In this document: piece after piece, positions 27,565-36,554 of the stretch | Layout: each line of letters starts with the position of its first letter | Numbering within the stretch: the first letter of the stretch is position 1 | From: Opitutia bacterium UBA3534 | GTDB lineage: Bacteria > Verrucomicrobiota > Verrucomicrobiia > Opitutales > UBA3534 | Direction of reading: 5' to 3' | Length of the DNA stretch: 64,000 nt | NCBI GenBank assembly: GCA_002376875.1 | Contig: DFOT01000001.1 | Location: 40,659-104,658, forward strand | Notes under the pieces: model-generated | Database searches by the model: none | The model's input: the letters and a program-made list of their open reading frames with translations, nothing else | What the model was told of the DNA's origin: nothing | Translations under genes and position numbers: made by a program

Positions 27565-27973
27565 TCACGGAGGTATTAGTCTTCGAGAGTCTATTATTGA
27601 AGTCCTTGAGGAGGCAGGTCATGAGGTTGTCGATCATGGTACTAAGAGCAAGGAATCAGTAGATTACCCTGATTATGCCCAAGCAGTTGGGAAAGATGTG
27701 GCCTCAGGAGATTGTGATTTTGGAGTATTAGTTTGCACAAGTGGCATTGGGATGAGTATTAGTGCGAATAAGATCCCAGGTGTAAGGGCTGCGCTTATTT
27801 ATAATGAAGATGCAGCAGAATATGCTCGTCGTCACAACAATGCTAACGTTATTTGTGTAGGTGAAAAATATGTGACTCCTTATATAGGGGCCAGATGTAT
27901 GAAAATGTTTTTAGAGACTCCCTTCGAAGGAGGGAGGCACGAAAGACGAGTGGGGAAAATCGAAAATCAATAG
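27542..27973 (+). CDS. rpiB: ribose-5-phosphate isomerase B
   Basis: [11 protein letters not shown]..., [24 protein letters not shown]. Start at ATG 27542 follows the AAGGAG SD and overlaps the upstream gene by 23 nt. Confidence 0.9.
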   Translation: MKVSIGADHGGISLRESIIEVLEEAGHEVVDHGTKSKESVDYPDYAQAVGKDVASGDCDFGVLVCTSGIGMSISANKIPGVRAALIYNEDAAEYARRHNNANVICVGEKYVTPYIGARCMKMFLETPFEGGRHERRVGKIENQ

Positions 27974-27977
27974 AACT

Positions 27978-29246
27978 ATGACCGAATGTTTGTTATCAAG
28001 TGAGCCGCTCTCTGAGTTGGACCCAGCTATTGCTGCAGCTATTGCTGCTGAGCGGGAACGCCAAGAGGAGCATGTTGAATTGATTGCTTCAGAGAATTTT
28101 ACTTACCCAGCAGCTTTAGAGGCAGCTGGGAGTGTCCTGACTAATAAATACGCAGAGGGTTACCCCAAAAAGCGTTATTATGGTGGGTGCGAGTATGTCG
28201 ATACGGTCGAGCAGCTGGCTATTGACCGCGTGAAAGAGCTTTTTGGTGCCGAGCATGCCAATGTGCAGCCACACTCAGGCAGCCAGGCGAATATTGGCGT
28301 TTATTTGGCGACCTTGCAGCCCGGAGATAAGATTTTGACGATGAGCCTCGAGCACGGAGGCCACTTGACTCATGGACACCCTAAGAACTTGAGTGGGATG
28401 TACTTCCAGGCGGTTAATTATGGTGTGAATGAGGATGATGGGCGTATCGACTATGATGCTTTGGCAGCTATGGCCGAAAAGGAAAAGCCCAAGATGATTA
28501 CCGTAGGGGCCTCAGCATACCCGAGGGAGATTGATTTTGAGCGCATGGGGCAAATTGCTAAGAGTTGTGGGGCTTTATTGATGGCTGATATTGCTCACAT
28601 CGCAGGTCTCGTTGCCGCAGGATTGCATCCCTCCCCAGTCCCTTATGCCGATTTTGTAACCACCACAACCCATAAGACCTTACGTGGGCCACGCGGTGGT
28701 TTGATTATGTGCAAAGAGGAGCATGCTAAGGCGATTGATTCTGCCATATTCCCAGGCACTCAAGGAGGGCCACTGATGCATATTATTGCAGCGAAAGCCA
28801 TCTGTTTTGCGGAAGCACTTAAGCCTAGCTTTAAAGAATACCAGAAGCAGGTAATAGCAAATGCTAAGGCTCTTGCAGCAGCTTTGGTTGAGCAAGGACT
28901 GACTTTATCAAGCGGCGGAACAGACAACCACTTGATGTTGATTGATTTGCGTCCAAGCCACCCGGACCTTACCGGTAAGCAAGCACAGATTGCTCTAGAG
29001 AAAGCGAATATTACAACTAACCGTAATACCGTTCCTTACGAGACCCGAAGCCCCTTCCAGACCAGTGGAGTGCGCTTGGGAACACCAGCGGTCACTTCGC
29101 GGGGTATGCAAGAGGGCGAGATGAAGACCTTGGCCGGTATTATTGTGTCAGTGCTGAATAACCCTGAGGATGAAGCAACGCTTGCTCAGGCGAAGGAGGC
29201 TGCTGTAGCGCTCTCTAAGGCGAATCCGCTTCCTTATAAAATGTAA
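27978..29246 (+). CDS. glyA: serine hydroxymethyltransferase
   Basis: [21 protein letters not shown], and the PLP-lysine motif [14 protein letters not shown]. Confidence 0.95.
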   Translation: MTECLLSSEPLSELDPAIAAAIAAERERQEEHVELIASENFTYPAALEAAGSVLTNKYAEGYPKKRYYGGCEYVDTVEQLAIDRVKELFGAEHANVQPHSGSQANIGVYLATLQPGDKILTMSLEHGGHLTHGHPKNLSGMYFQAVNYGVNEDDGRIDYDALAAMAEKEKPKMITVGASAYPREIDFERMGQIAKSCGALLMADIAHIAGLVAAGLHPSPVPYADFVTTTTHKTLRGPRGGLIMCKEEHAKAIDSAIFPGTQGGPLMHIIAAKAICFAEALKPSFKEYQKQVIANAKALAAALVEQGLTLSSGGTDNHLMLIDLRPSHPDLTGKQAQIALEKANITTNRNTVPYETRSPFQTSGVRLGTPAVTSRGMQEGEMKTLAGIIVSVLNNPEDEATLAQAKEAAVALSKANPLPYKM

Positions 29247-29260
29247 TTGGAGGACATCTC

Positions 29261-29938
29261 ATGAGAAGACGGCGCGCTGCGTTTACCCTCGTTGAACTCT
29301 TGGCTGTGATTGCTATTGTCAGTATTCTGGCGGCAATCATTGTCCCGACTACAGGCAAAGCCATTACCAAGGCCCGTCGTGCTAAGGCGGCGAGTCATTT
29401 GCGCCAGATTGCTTTGGCTCATGCGACTTATACCTATGATGATAGTGGGAGCTTCCGCCAAATTAACGTGAATGATTTGGGGCAGTGGGCTGTTGTCTTA
29501 GCTGAGCACACGGGCTTGAATGATCCGCAGCTTTGGGTGGTGAGTGATGACCCTAAAGTATCTGCATCAACGGCAACAAAACCACGGGTGGTGGCTACCC
29601 ATACGGGAGATAGTTGGGCGCTTGCTAGTGACTTTGCTGCATTTCCTAAAAGTTTTGCGGTGGCCTCAGGCGTTCCTGCGAATGCACCAGCCTCGACAAC
29701 ACCCATTGCTTGGACACGCGGGCTTAAGGCAGATGGAACTTGGGATGCTGAAACAGGTGTGTACGGAGCCCAGGGTGGGCACATAGCGTTCCTTGATGGT
29801 CACGTGCAGTGGTTCCAGAATTTGAGCGCACAAGGCGGGCAGTTAGTTAATTACCAGACAGGTACACCTACGGCTAATATACTAGAGGCCTTGCCTGCGA
29901 GTGCAAAAGCCTGGGATGATACCGGGGCTGCGCTCTAA
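29261..29938 (+). CDS. prepilin-type N-terminal cleavage/methylation domain protein (pseudopilin-like, PVC-type with C-terminal DGHV motif)
   Basis: RRAAFTLVELLAVIAIVSILAAIIVP class III signal peptide. C-terminal GGHIAFLDGHVQWF. Confidence 0.8.
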   Translation: MRRRRAAFTLVELLAVIAIVSILAAIIVPTTGKAITKARRAKAASHLRQIALAHATYTYDDSGSFRQINVNDLGQWAVVLAEHTGLNDPQLWVVSDDPKVSASTATKPRVVATHTGDSWALASDFAAFPKSFAVASGVPANAPASTTPIAWTRGLKADGTWDAETGVYGAQGGHIAFLDGHVQWFQNLSAQGGQLVNYQTGTPTANILEALPASAKAWDDTGAAL

Positions 29939-30453
29939 AGAGCAATATCTAGCGCATATATAAAGCGTTCGAATGCGGGGCTTGTATAGTTGGTTCCAAA
30001 ACTCTTGTGTTCTGCGTAGTTGATTCCGATGAAGCTGAGTCCTAGGAATACCCCACAATATAAGCCTGCTTGCATACGGATGCCCTCACGATTATTGGGG
30101 TGGATCCTAAAAGAATGGAGGAGGCCTAGACGGAAAGGGAGTGTGTAAGACCCTGCAGCATATTTTAAGGCTGCCAGGGGCTCTTTCTCGAGTTTTTTTT
30201 GTGCAAGTGCCCAAAGGTGGCTCGAAGCTTTTTCATAATCCTGGAATGCTATTCTGCGCAGAAGTAGAGGGGCTTGATCAGTACAGCCCGACTGCACACT
30301 ACCGCAAAATGCAGCTTCAGTCGCTATCATGCGCTCTTTAGGGGAGAGCGGGTTGCGAGGGTTCAGGAGTGCTCTGGCGTCTGGAGGCCGAGTCGTTGGC
30401 TCGGTAGGAGTAAATCTTTGTCGAGGAGGTATGGTAGCTGCATTTGTAGGCAT
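29935..30453 (-). CDS. hypothetical protein (172 aa; Pro-rich N-terminus, one hydrophobic segment); last gene of the polB operon
   Basis: Its ATG is 3 nt after the stop of the upstream gene. No domain recognised. Confidence 0.5.
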   Translation of the reverse strand: MPTNAATIPPRQRFTPTEPTTRPPDARALLNPRNPLSPKERMIATEAAFCGSVQSGCTDQAPLLLRRIAFQDYEKASSHLWALAQKKLEKEPLAALKYAAGSYTLPFRLGLLHSFRIHPNNREGIRMQAGLYCGVFLGLSFIGINYAEHKSFGTNYTSPAFERFIYALDIAL

Positions 30454-30456
30454 AAA

Positions 30457-31938
30457 TTAGGTAGTGGCTTGGGCTTCTTCAGGTATAGGAGGAGTCATTG
30501 CTTGGATGCGTCCATTAAAGTAAGCACTTATGCCATAGTCTTTGCTTCTTCCTTCAAAGCATTCTTGTATTTTTTTACAGGCTTCTTCAAAGGCCCTTGG
30601 GGTGAAATTACGATGGAGATCTTCATCGATAAGGGCTGTTTTTATGTCAAAGAAAGGAATGAACCCTATTCTTTTGGGTGGTGACCAAGGCAATGCTGTT
30701 CCTGTAAAAGGGGTGTAAGCGTCTTTGAAATGGTTTTTTAGGAATCCCTCGAAGTAGGCTAGTAGGCCCCACTGTATGTGAAGGTCTTCGATACGAAAGA
30801 TAAGGGGAATGCTCTGAGTATCAAGCACCTCAGGGAGGAACTCTAGCATAACTTGGCAGCGCTCAGGAATACTCAAAGCCTCGTAGTCATCCCATGTTTT
30901 AGTAGTGTCCTTTTTTAAGAGGCAAAGGAAGGCTGCTGCATTTGTAAGTATGTCGTATTCCTTGTGGGAAGTTTCACTAGGGCAAGGGGTTCGATAGAGT
31001 TGTTGCGTATCGACAGGGATGCTTACAACAAGGTCTATGAGGCCTTGAAGTGCCTCCGTATTTTTTTGTTTAGCGGCATAGAGGCCCAAGGTCTTTAGGA
31101 TAGTAGTCGGTTCTTCAGCAGTAGACGGATCCTCTATGATGCTGAGCATATTCATGAAATCACTGGCTAGCTTTGCGTAGCTCAAGATCTCTTCTGTCGT
31201 GAGTGCTCTTTCAGCGCTTTGGTTTAGAAAATGAGCTGTAATGCCGTAGAGCTTATTAATAGTACTCAGTTCTTCAGGAAATTTATTGCTTGGAAGAAAC
31301 TTCCTCCAAGCAATATTTAAAGCTTCTGCAGAACTATATCGGTAGGAATAAATATTGCCAAAGAGTTCTCGAGCACGCGTTGCAAAGTGAGTATAAGGAG
31401 AAGAGAAAGCTTCGATTTCTTCGCCTAACCATATTCTATTCAGTGCTTTTAAAAGACTTTTGAAGAACTCAGGCATAAAAACATCTAAAAAGTCATCTTT
31501 AGACTGATTCGTCTCTTTGAGGTATTGGGTGAACTGATCACTCTTTTCTGGATCGAGTAGCTTTTCAATAAGCTTAAGTGCCGATTCTAGATCATAACGT
31601 TCGCAATACATGCGGATTATCGTTTCAATCCTATGACCATTCGATTTTAGAGCATCACAGATATAATGCCCAATCAGCTCATCTCCTTCTATCTGCTTCC
31701 CTTCGCGATCTTTTAGAGTTCCCTTTGCATTATAAGAGCCTTCGGGGAGAAGGTCGCCCTGAATCATTTTGAATGTTTGCTCAGGAGGTAGCGTGTATTT
31801 AATTGTATATTGTGTCCCATTCGCAAAGGTAAGGGTCGTAGTAACTGGTAGCTTTTGAGGTTCTTCATGCGGAGGAAGCACAAAAACATCTTGGTGGGAA
31901 GTTGAAGCCTTAGAGGGAGCAGTAGTAGAAGAGTCCAT
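30457..31938 (-). CDS. hypothetical protein (493 aa), paralog of 31992-32837 over the N-terminal ~230 aa
   Basis: Shared blocks TLTFANGTQYT/VTYTFQDGTTHT, ALKSNGHRIETIIRMYC/ALKANGCSTESIIKLLC, and FTQYLKETNQSKDDFLDVFMPEFFKSLL/LTKYLKATAQSREQLLNTFMPEFWQRLF. Confidence 0.6.
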   Translation of the reverse strand: MDSSTTAPSKASTSHQDVFVLPPHEEPQKLPVTTTLTFANGTQYTIKYTLPPEQTFKMIQGDLLPEGSYNAKGTLKDREGKQIEGDELIGHYICDALKSNGHRIETIIRMYCERYDLESALKLIEKLLDPEKSDQFTQYLKETNQSKDDFLDVFMPEFFKSLLKALNRIWLGEEIEAFSSPYTHFATRARELFGNIYSYRYSSAEALNIAWRKFLPSNKFPEELSTINKLYGITAHFLNQSAERALTTEEILSYAKLASDFMNMLSIIEDPSTAEEPTTILKTLGLYAAKQKNTEALQGLIDLVVSIPVDTQQLYRTPCPSETSHKEYDILTNAAAFLCLLKKDTTKTWDDYEALSIPERCQVMLEFLPEVLDTQSIPLIFRIEDLHIQWGLLAYFEGFLKNHFKDAYTPFTGTALPWSPPKRIGFIPFFDIKTALIDEDLHRNFTPRAFEEACKKIQECFEGRSKDYGISAYFNGRIQAMTPPIPEEAQATT

Positions 31939-31991
31939 GCTGGGATTCTAATCTATTTAAATTCTTTGTAAAGAGCATACGCTCCCTATCA

Positions 31992-32837
31992 TTAAGCTAA
32001 TAGCTTGAGGAAGCTCTCTAACACTGCTTGGTCTTGAGTTCCGGAAAGACAGTCTTTGGCTAATGCAGTGTACCTTTCTATTAGATCTTCGGAAGGTTTT
32101 GTTTCTTCTGCCGTTTCAACATGGAAGCTCTTGGCGATACCTTCAATCCCCTGGTAGTTTCCCTCAATCTTAAGATTTGGGTAGATGAGCTTATAGGTTT
32201 TATTTAAAGCCTGTGCGGATTCTTTTGCGTATTCTTCCCTTTGAAAAAGGTTACGAAGGCGAATTGCAATGTTGTTAAGCTTTGAAGCTAGTTCTCTTTG
32301 GGCCGGGATTTTGCGTGTTTTTTCAGATAGGCGTAGTTGATTTAGCGATCCTTGGGCTCTTGTGGCTTTGTTAATCAGTTCAAAAAGACGCTGCCAGAAT
32401 TCAGGCATAAAAGTGTTTAAAAGTTGCTCGCGGCTTTGCGCTGTTGCTTTTAAATATTTAGTGAGCTGCTCTGCATTACTAGGGTTAAGGAATTCCTCTG
32501 TAAGGGTAAGGGCCTGGCATAAAGCATTTTGAGTACATAGGAGTTTTATGATAGACTCTGTACTGCAGCCATTCGCTTTTAAAGCAAAGGTAAGGTTCAG
32601 GTGGTAGGCTGGTTGATCGGAGGTTGATTCCGCTTCACGAGACTGAAGGCAGTGAATAGTCCCTTGAGGAAAACAATCCGATAATGAGGCAATAGCTCTA
32701 CCAGGGGTAACCGGCCCTTTAGTAGTGTGTGTTGTTCCATCTTGAAAGGTGTAGGTCACAGTGCGTGTGACTTTTGTGTTATGTGGAATATTAAAGAGGT
32801 TTGGTATAGCAGCAGTATTGATAGGTGAGGGTTCCAT
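31992..32837 (-). CDS. hypothetical protein (~281 aa), paralog of 30457-31938
   Basis: Same shared blocks as the 493-aa paralog. ATG 32837 lies 11 nt after the polB stop; the track ORF starts at TTG 32846. Confidence 0.6.
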   Translation of the reverse strand: MEPSPINTAAIPNLFNIPHNTKVTRTVTYTFQDGTTHTTKGPVTPGRAIASLSDCFPQGTIHCLQSREAESTSDQPAYHLNLTFALKANGCSTESIIKLLCTQNALCQALTLTEEFLNPSNAEQLTKYLKATAQSREQLLNTFMPEFWQRLFELINKATRAQGSLNQLRLSEKTRKIPAQRELASKLNNIAIRLRNLFQREEYAKESAQALNKTYKLIYPNLKIEGNYQGIEGIAKSFHVETAEETKPSEDLIERYTALAKDCLSGTQDQAVLESFLKLLA

Positions 32838-32848
32838 AGCCCCCAAGA

Positions 32849-35026
32849 CTACCCAAATAGCTCACCCTGTAAAGGCTCTTCTGACTCTAGAAACTCCCCA
32901 TAGCGCTTGAGCCAGTCATCAATCTTTTTTAGATAATACTCGCTATTATAAGGGAGTGTCTCTGGGTCATACTCTTCGATGGCTCGGGCCTGCTGCCAGT
33001 CGGGTAGGCGCTTTTTGTCCCCGGGTGTAATGAAATAGGTAACACGCTCTCCCATCTGGGGGCGTTTTTTGCAGCGCAGGGCAACCTCTAGGGATGCACG
33101 GCGGGATTTCGTGCCCTCGCTAATTGCTTTTTGATAGACGCCAGGGTTTTGGCTTAAGTATTCACTTTTAGCAAGGCGCTCTACAGGAAAAGTCTTTGCT
33201 TCAATCTCTTTACGGAATTGGTCAATTAGGGTCTTCGGTGATTCAGGTGAAGCACCTAAGAGATAATAGATGAGGCAGGTACTGAGTTCTTTAAGGTAAG
33301 GCTCGATCCCCCGAGAGCGCAGTGCAGAACCCCTTAAGATAACACGCTGGCCATCGTAGAGGGCGTAGTTTTTGGCCTTATAGCAGAACATGGCCGGGTA
33401 CGTGCCGTCATGCTCAAGGTCAACGCCTTCAGGGAGGACAGCAGAGGCTTTTTTTAGGAGCACCTCAGGTTTTTTGTAATATTTGGATGCTTCTACGTAG
33501 ATACCATCAGTGTCTGCTTCGAGCGGGGTACAGCCTTCTTGCTGGAAGGTTTCGATGAGTGTTTGTAAGAGCTCTCGGCCTTTAGCGGTAGTCTCAGCGG
33601 CAAGGTCCCCGTCAGCGAAGCGTGCGCCCGAGAAGCCTAGGTAGCCGTAGAAAGAATTAATCAGTATTTTAAAACTAGATTGGCGCGCGTCGTACTCTTG
33701 CCGGAGGGCTTCTGTATCTGCAGTGCGGGCTTTTTCTTTATACTCAAGACGGTATTGGCGCAGGTCTTGGAGGGTTTTTATGAAGATGCCTAAGCTGTCA
33801 TTTTTTGGGTTCCTCCCTAAGAGCAACAAGAGGCTTGGGTAGAGAGAGGCGACGTCAAAATGAAGAACCTCTTGATAGACACCCGTTTCAAAGCTTTTAG
33901 TGTAGCCACCTTCGAAGCGTGAGACTTGTTCCCCCATGGGGAGGCTGTGTTTGTTGTGGTAGTACTGCTCTAGAAATATGGCATCTACTTTATGGGCAGT
34001 GCCGCGTAAGCTGGCTTCTTGAAGCGTAATCGGGAAGTTCTTTACCTGAGCAAAATAGGTAGGGAGGAGCAGGTTCGCTACCCCTTGAGTTTCACGTAGA
34101 TCATCTTTGAGGTAGCTTAAAAATGCTTCCCGGTTTGTCTCGAAAGCGCCCGCAATTTCATGGCCTTCTAGATAGGTACGCTTGTTAGCCTCAGTCGTGA
34201 CACCGAGTTGTAGGGCTACGTCTTTGAGTCCGTATGAAGAAAGATCCCGTGCCGTGAGGTCGTAGATTTGGATCATGAGGTAGGTGTCAAACACGGTACG
34301 CCCAGGGATATCGCAACGCGGGAAGTCAATCATGCGTTCGGCAATGCGAATTCGACTCTTGTGCGAGCTAGCCTTCTGACCAAAGCGCCCCCACTGGCAG
34401 GCGACGTTTAGTTTTTGACAGCGGATGCGCAGGTATTCGAGGTCGAACTTAAAGATATTATGCCCTTCGATTGTGTCCGGGTCATGCGTAGCGAGGGCTT
34501 CATTGAATTGCTCGAGGAGCTCAGCCTCGGCTTCGTCAGAATCTTCTGAGAGGGTGAGTAGCTCGTAGTGATCCCCGAAGAGTAGCCCTATAGCAAGGAC
34601 ACGGTCCCCATCGCGCCAGGCGCTGCTAAACCCGTTGTCGACTGAGCAGGCTGTTTCGATATCGCACTGGCAGCGCTTAAGGTCAGAGAAATTAAGGTCT
34701 GCAAAGAGTCGCAGTTGGTTTTTGAGGAGGTGTTGGCCCTCTAGGGATTTGATGGCTTCTAGGTTGTAAGCTTTGCGGTTGTCCTTGAGCCAAGTGTCAT
34801 AATCGTTACGCGAGGTAAAGTGGATGAGTTCGTTTAAAGCGCCATCCCCTGCAAGTTTTTCGGTAGAGGCTGAGGGTGGGGGTGTTGCTCCGGATTCAAT
34901 CCATAGAAAGGGGGACAGTTTTTGAGTGCTTTCAGTACGTTTACCTTGAGTATCGACCTCTTGTTGATGGACAATACCTTCAGGGCTTACCCAAAGAGCA
35001 GACAGCGATGTAGAAGAAGCACTCAT
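32849..35026 (-). CDS. polB: family B DNA polymerase (Pol II-like, proofreading-proficient)
   Basis: Exo I CDIET, Exo II HNIFKFDLEYL, Exo III YLKDDLRET. Pol motif A DVASLYPSLLL, motif B KILINSFYGYLG, motif C EADTDGIYV, and KxY YKAKNYA. The C-terminal QGELFG resembles a beta-clamp-binding QxxLF motif. Confidence 0.9.
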   Translation of the reverse strand: MSASSTSLSALWVSPEGIVHQQEVDTQGKRTESTQKLSPFLWIESGATPPPSASTEKLAGDGALNELIHFTSRNDYDTWLKDNRKAYNLEAIKSLEGQHLLKNQLRLFADLNFSDLKRCQCDIETACSVDNGFSSAWRDGDRVLAIGLLFGDHYELLTLSEDSDEAEAELLEQFNEALATHDPDTIEGHNIFKFDLEYLRIRCQKLNVACQWGRFGQKASSHKSRIRIAERMIDFPRCDIPGRTVFDTYLMIQIYDLTARDLSSYGLKDVALQLGVTTEANKRTYLEGHEIAGAFETNREAFLSYLKDDLRETQGVANLLLPTYFAQVKNFPITLQEASLRGTAHKVDAIFLEQYYHNKHSLPMGEQVSRFEGGYTKSFETGVYQEVLHFDVASLYPSLLLLLGRNPKNDSLGIFIKTLQDLRQYRLEYKEKARTADTEALRQEYDARQSSFKILINSFYGYLGFSGARFADGDLAAETTAKGRELLQTLIETFQQEGCTPLEADTDGIYVEASKYYKKPEVLLKKASAVLPEGVDLEHDGTYPAMFCYKAKNYALYDGQRVILRGSALRSRGIEPYLKELSTCLIYYLLGASPESPKTLIDQFRKEIEAKTFPVERLAKSEYLSQNPGVYQKAISEGTKSRRASLEVALRCKKRPQMGERVTYFITPGDKKRLPDWQQARAIEEYDPETLPYNSEYYLKKIDDWLKRYGEFLESEEPLQGELFG

Positions 35027-35112
35027 TGAATTATAGCTTGAATAGATAGGAGTGTAGGTTCAATGAAAGAGTCTTGCTTTGTTTAAAAAAGTCTTTACTG
35101 AGTTGTTTTGTT

Positions 35113-35325
35113 ATGGACGTTCAAGAATCAAACCAAGTTATACAAAGTACCTCGATAGGACAGGTAGAAGAACAAGCTCAAGGCAAAATTGGTAAATATA
35201 TGATTACCATGCGTGATATGTCTAGGACGCAGGTGATTGGTTACTACCATACTCAAACAGGGGTTGCCTATTACCCTGATGGACGTATTTGCCAGGGGAG
35301 TAAGCTTACTCCTGTAAATGCTTAA
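35113..35325 (+). CDS. small hypothetical protein (70 aa from ATG 35113)
   Basis: ORF divergent from polB and ending 10 nt before a strong terminator. No homolog recognised. Confidence 0.3.
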   Translation: MDVQESNQVIQSTSIGQVEEQAQGKIGKYMITMRDMSRTQVIGYYHTQTGVAYYPDGRICQGSKLTPVNA

Positions 35326-35335
35326 GTTTTAGATA

Positions 35336-35371
35336 TAAAAAAAGCCGTCTAGTTATTAGACGGCTTTTTTT
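35336..35371. terminator. bidirectional rho-independent terminator (serves rpmA and the small plus-strand ORF)
   Basis: AAAAAAAGCCGTCTA-GTTAT-TAGACGGCTTTTTTT: a 9-bp perfect stem with an A-run and a T-run. Confidence 0.8.
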
Positions 35372-35388
35372 ATTAAATTGAAAATCTT

Positions 35389-35646
35389 TTAGTTAGCAGC
35401 AGCTACAGGTTCTACAGATACCTTGCGGTGCTTAGCATCCCAGATTACCTTACCGTCTACTAGAGAGAATAGGGTGTAGTCGTTACCGAGGCCTACATTT
35501 GCTCCTGGGCGCATTCTGGTTCCGCGCTGACGCATTAGGATGTTTCCTGCGCGTACGGTTTCTCCTCCGTACTTTTTAACGCCAAGGCGTTGGCTATTAC
35601 TATCGCGTCCGTTCTTGGAGGTTCCTTGTCCTTTTTTATGTGCCAT
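35389..35646 (-). CDS. rpmA: 50S ribosomal protein L27
   Basis: [24 protein letters not shown]... Confidence 0.95.
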   Translation of the reverse strand: MAHKKGQGTSKNGRDSNSQRLGVKKYGGETVRAGNILMRQRGTRMRPGANVGLGNDYTLFSLVDGKVIWDAKHRKVSVEPVAAAN

Positions 35647-35659
35647 GACTTAAAAGTGC

Positions 35660-35974
35660 TTACGCTTTGATGGATTTAATTTTGATAACGGAAATTTCTT
35701 GGCGGTGACCACGCTTGCGCTCGTAGCCCTTACGACGCTTCTTCTTGAAGACGATTACCTTCTTGTCGCGCTTGTTCTCGAGGATCTCAATCACTACGGA
35801 AGCACCAGATACCTTAGGGGTACCAAAGCGCACTTGCTCGCCTTCACCTACCATGCGCACGTCATCGATAGTGACGGAATCACCTGCGTTGGTGTCTTTA
35901 AAGCGGTTTACAAAAAGGATGTCTCCTTCTTTTACCGTAAATTGTCTGCCTTGAGTCTGTATTGTCGCCTTCAT
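35660..35974 (-). CDS. rplU: 50S ribosomal protein L21
   Basis: [18 protein letters not shown]..., 104 aa, upstream of rpmA. Confidence 0.95.
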   Translation of the reverse strand: MKATIQTQGRQFTVKEGDILFVNRFKDTNAGDSVTIDDVRMVGEGEQVRFGTPKVSGASVVIEILENKRDKKVIVFKKKRRKGYERKRGHRQEISVIKIKSIKA

Positions 35975-36095
35975 AGAAAAGCTGTTAAGTAAATAAATTA
36001 AAGTCGTTTATGAAAGAGGACTAGCATCTCAGTTTTTCGTGGCTATGCAAGCCGAAAAAGAGAGATTATTCGTGATAATTTATTATTCTTAAGGG

Positions 36096-36536
36096 CTAGG
36101 ATCCCATTGGTTTAAGCTGCTGTTGCAGAGCAACTTGGAACTCCTGCAAATCCTCCTCTGAGGGGCGATAGCCCTCTTCTTTGGGGATTAACCCCAGTCT
36201 GCCGAGGGGATCTACCTGCCAGGCAGCGCTTTTTCCATCTGAAAAAACGACCTGTCCGCTGGCTACGGTACCTGGGCGAGTAAGCTTATCGACCTCTACC
36301 TGGACTCCGCCCACAGGCTCTAGGTCTGAGGCTCCTTCTTCGGCTTTAGGTTCTGGGGCAGCAGGCTTTTCTTCTTTGGCGAAATTTAGGCCCAAATCAT
36401 CCACCAGGAAGCGTGCTTCCATATAAGTAAGGGGGATATTCCACTCTTCAGTGATCCTTTTCTGGATTTGGGCGAGAGTTTCCCCGGCGTCTATCCAGTT
36501 GGCAATGTGCGTCTTTTGGTCTTCAGAAAGCTCCAT
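36096..36536 (-). CDS. hypothetical protein (146 aa) immediately downstream of dnaA
   Basis: ORF 18 nt after dnaA on the same strand. No motif recognised. Confidence 0.5.
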   Translation of the reverse strand: MELSEDQKTHIANWIDAGETLAQIQKRITEEWNIPLTYMEARFLVDDLGLNFAKEEKPAAPEPKAEEGASDLEPVGGVQVEVDKLTRPGTVASGQVVFSDGKSAAWQVDPLGRLGLIPKEEGYRPSEEDLQEFQVALQQQLKPMGS

Positions 36537-36554
36537 GATGGGGCTATTTGAGAC

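Noticed and set aside
27058-29246. LMW phosphatase - rpiB - glyA cluster as something unusual
   Set aside because: The same ywlE-rpiB-glyA order is known from Firmicutes, so this is ordinary conserved synteny.
32849-35026. polB as the marker of a pipolin, casposon or other self-replicating mobile element
   Set aside because: No integrase, Cas1, terminal inverted repeats or tRNA flank are nearby. The protein has E. coli Pol II-like architecture, including a C-terminal clamp-binding-like motif.
35027-35045. TATAAT hexamer just upstream of the polB ATG as its promoter
   Set aside because: It ends only 3 nt before the start codon. The only -35-like hexamer (TTGAAC) is 22 nt away, so the geometry is wrong for a functional sigma70 promoter.
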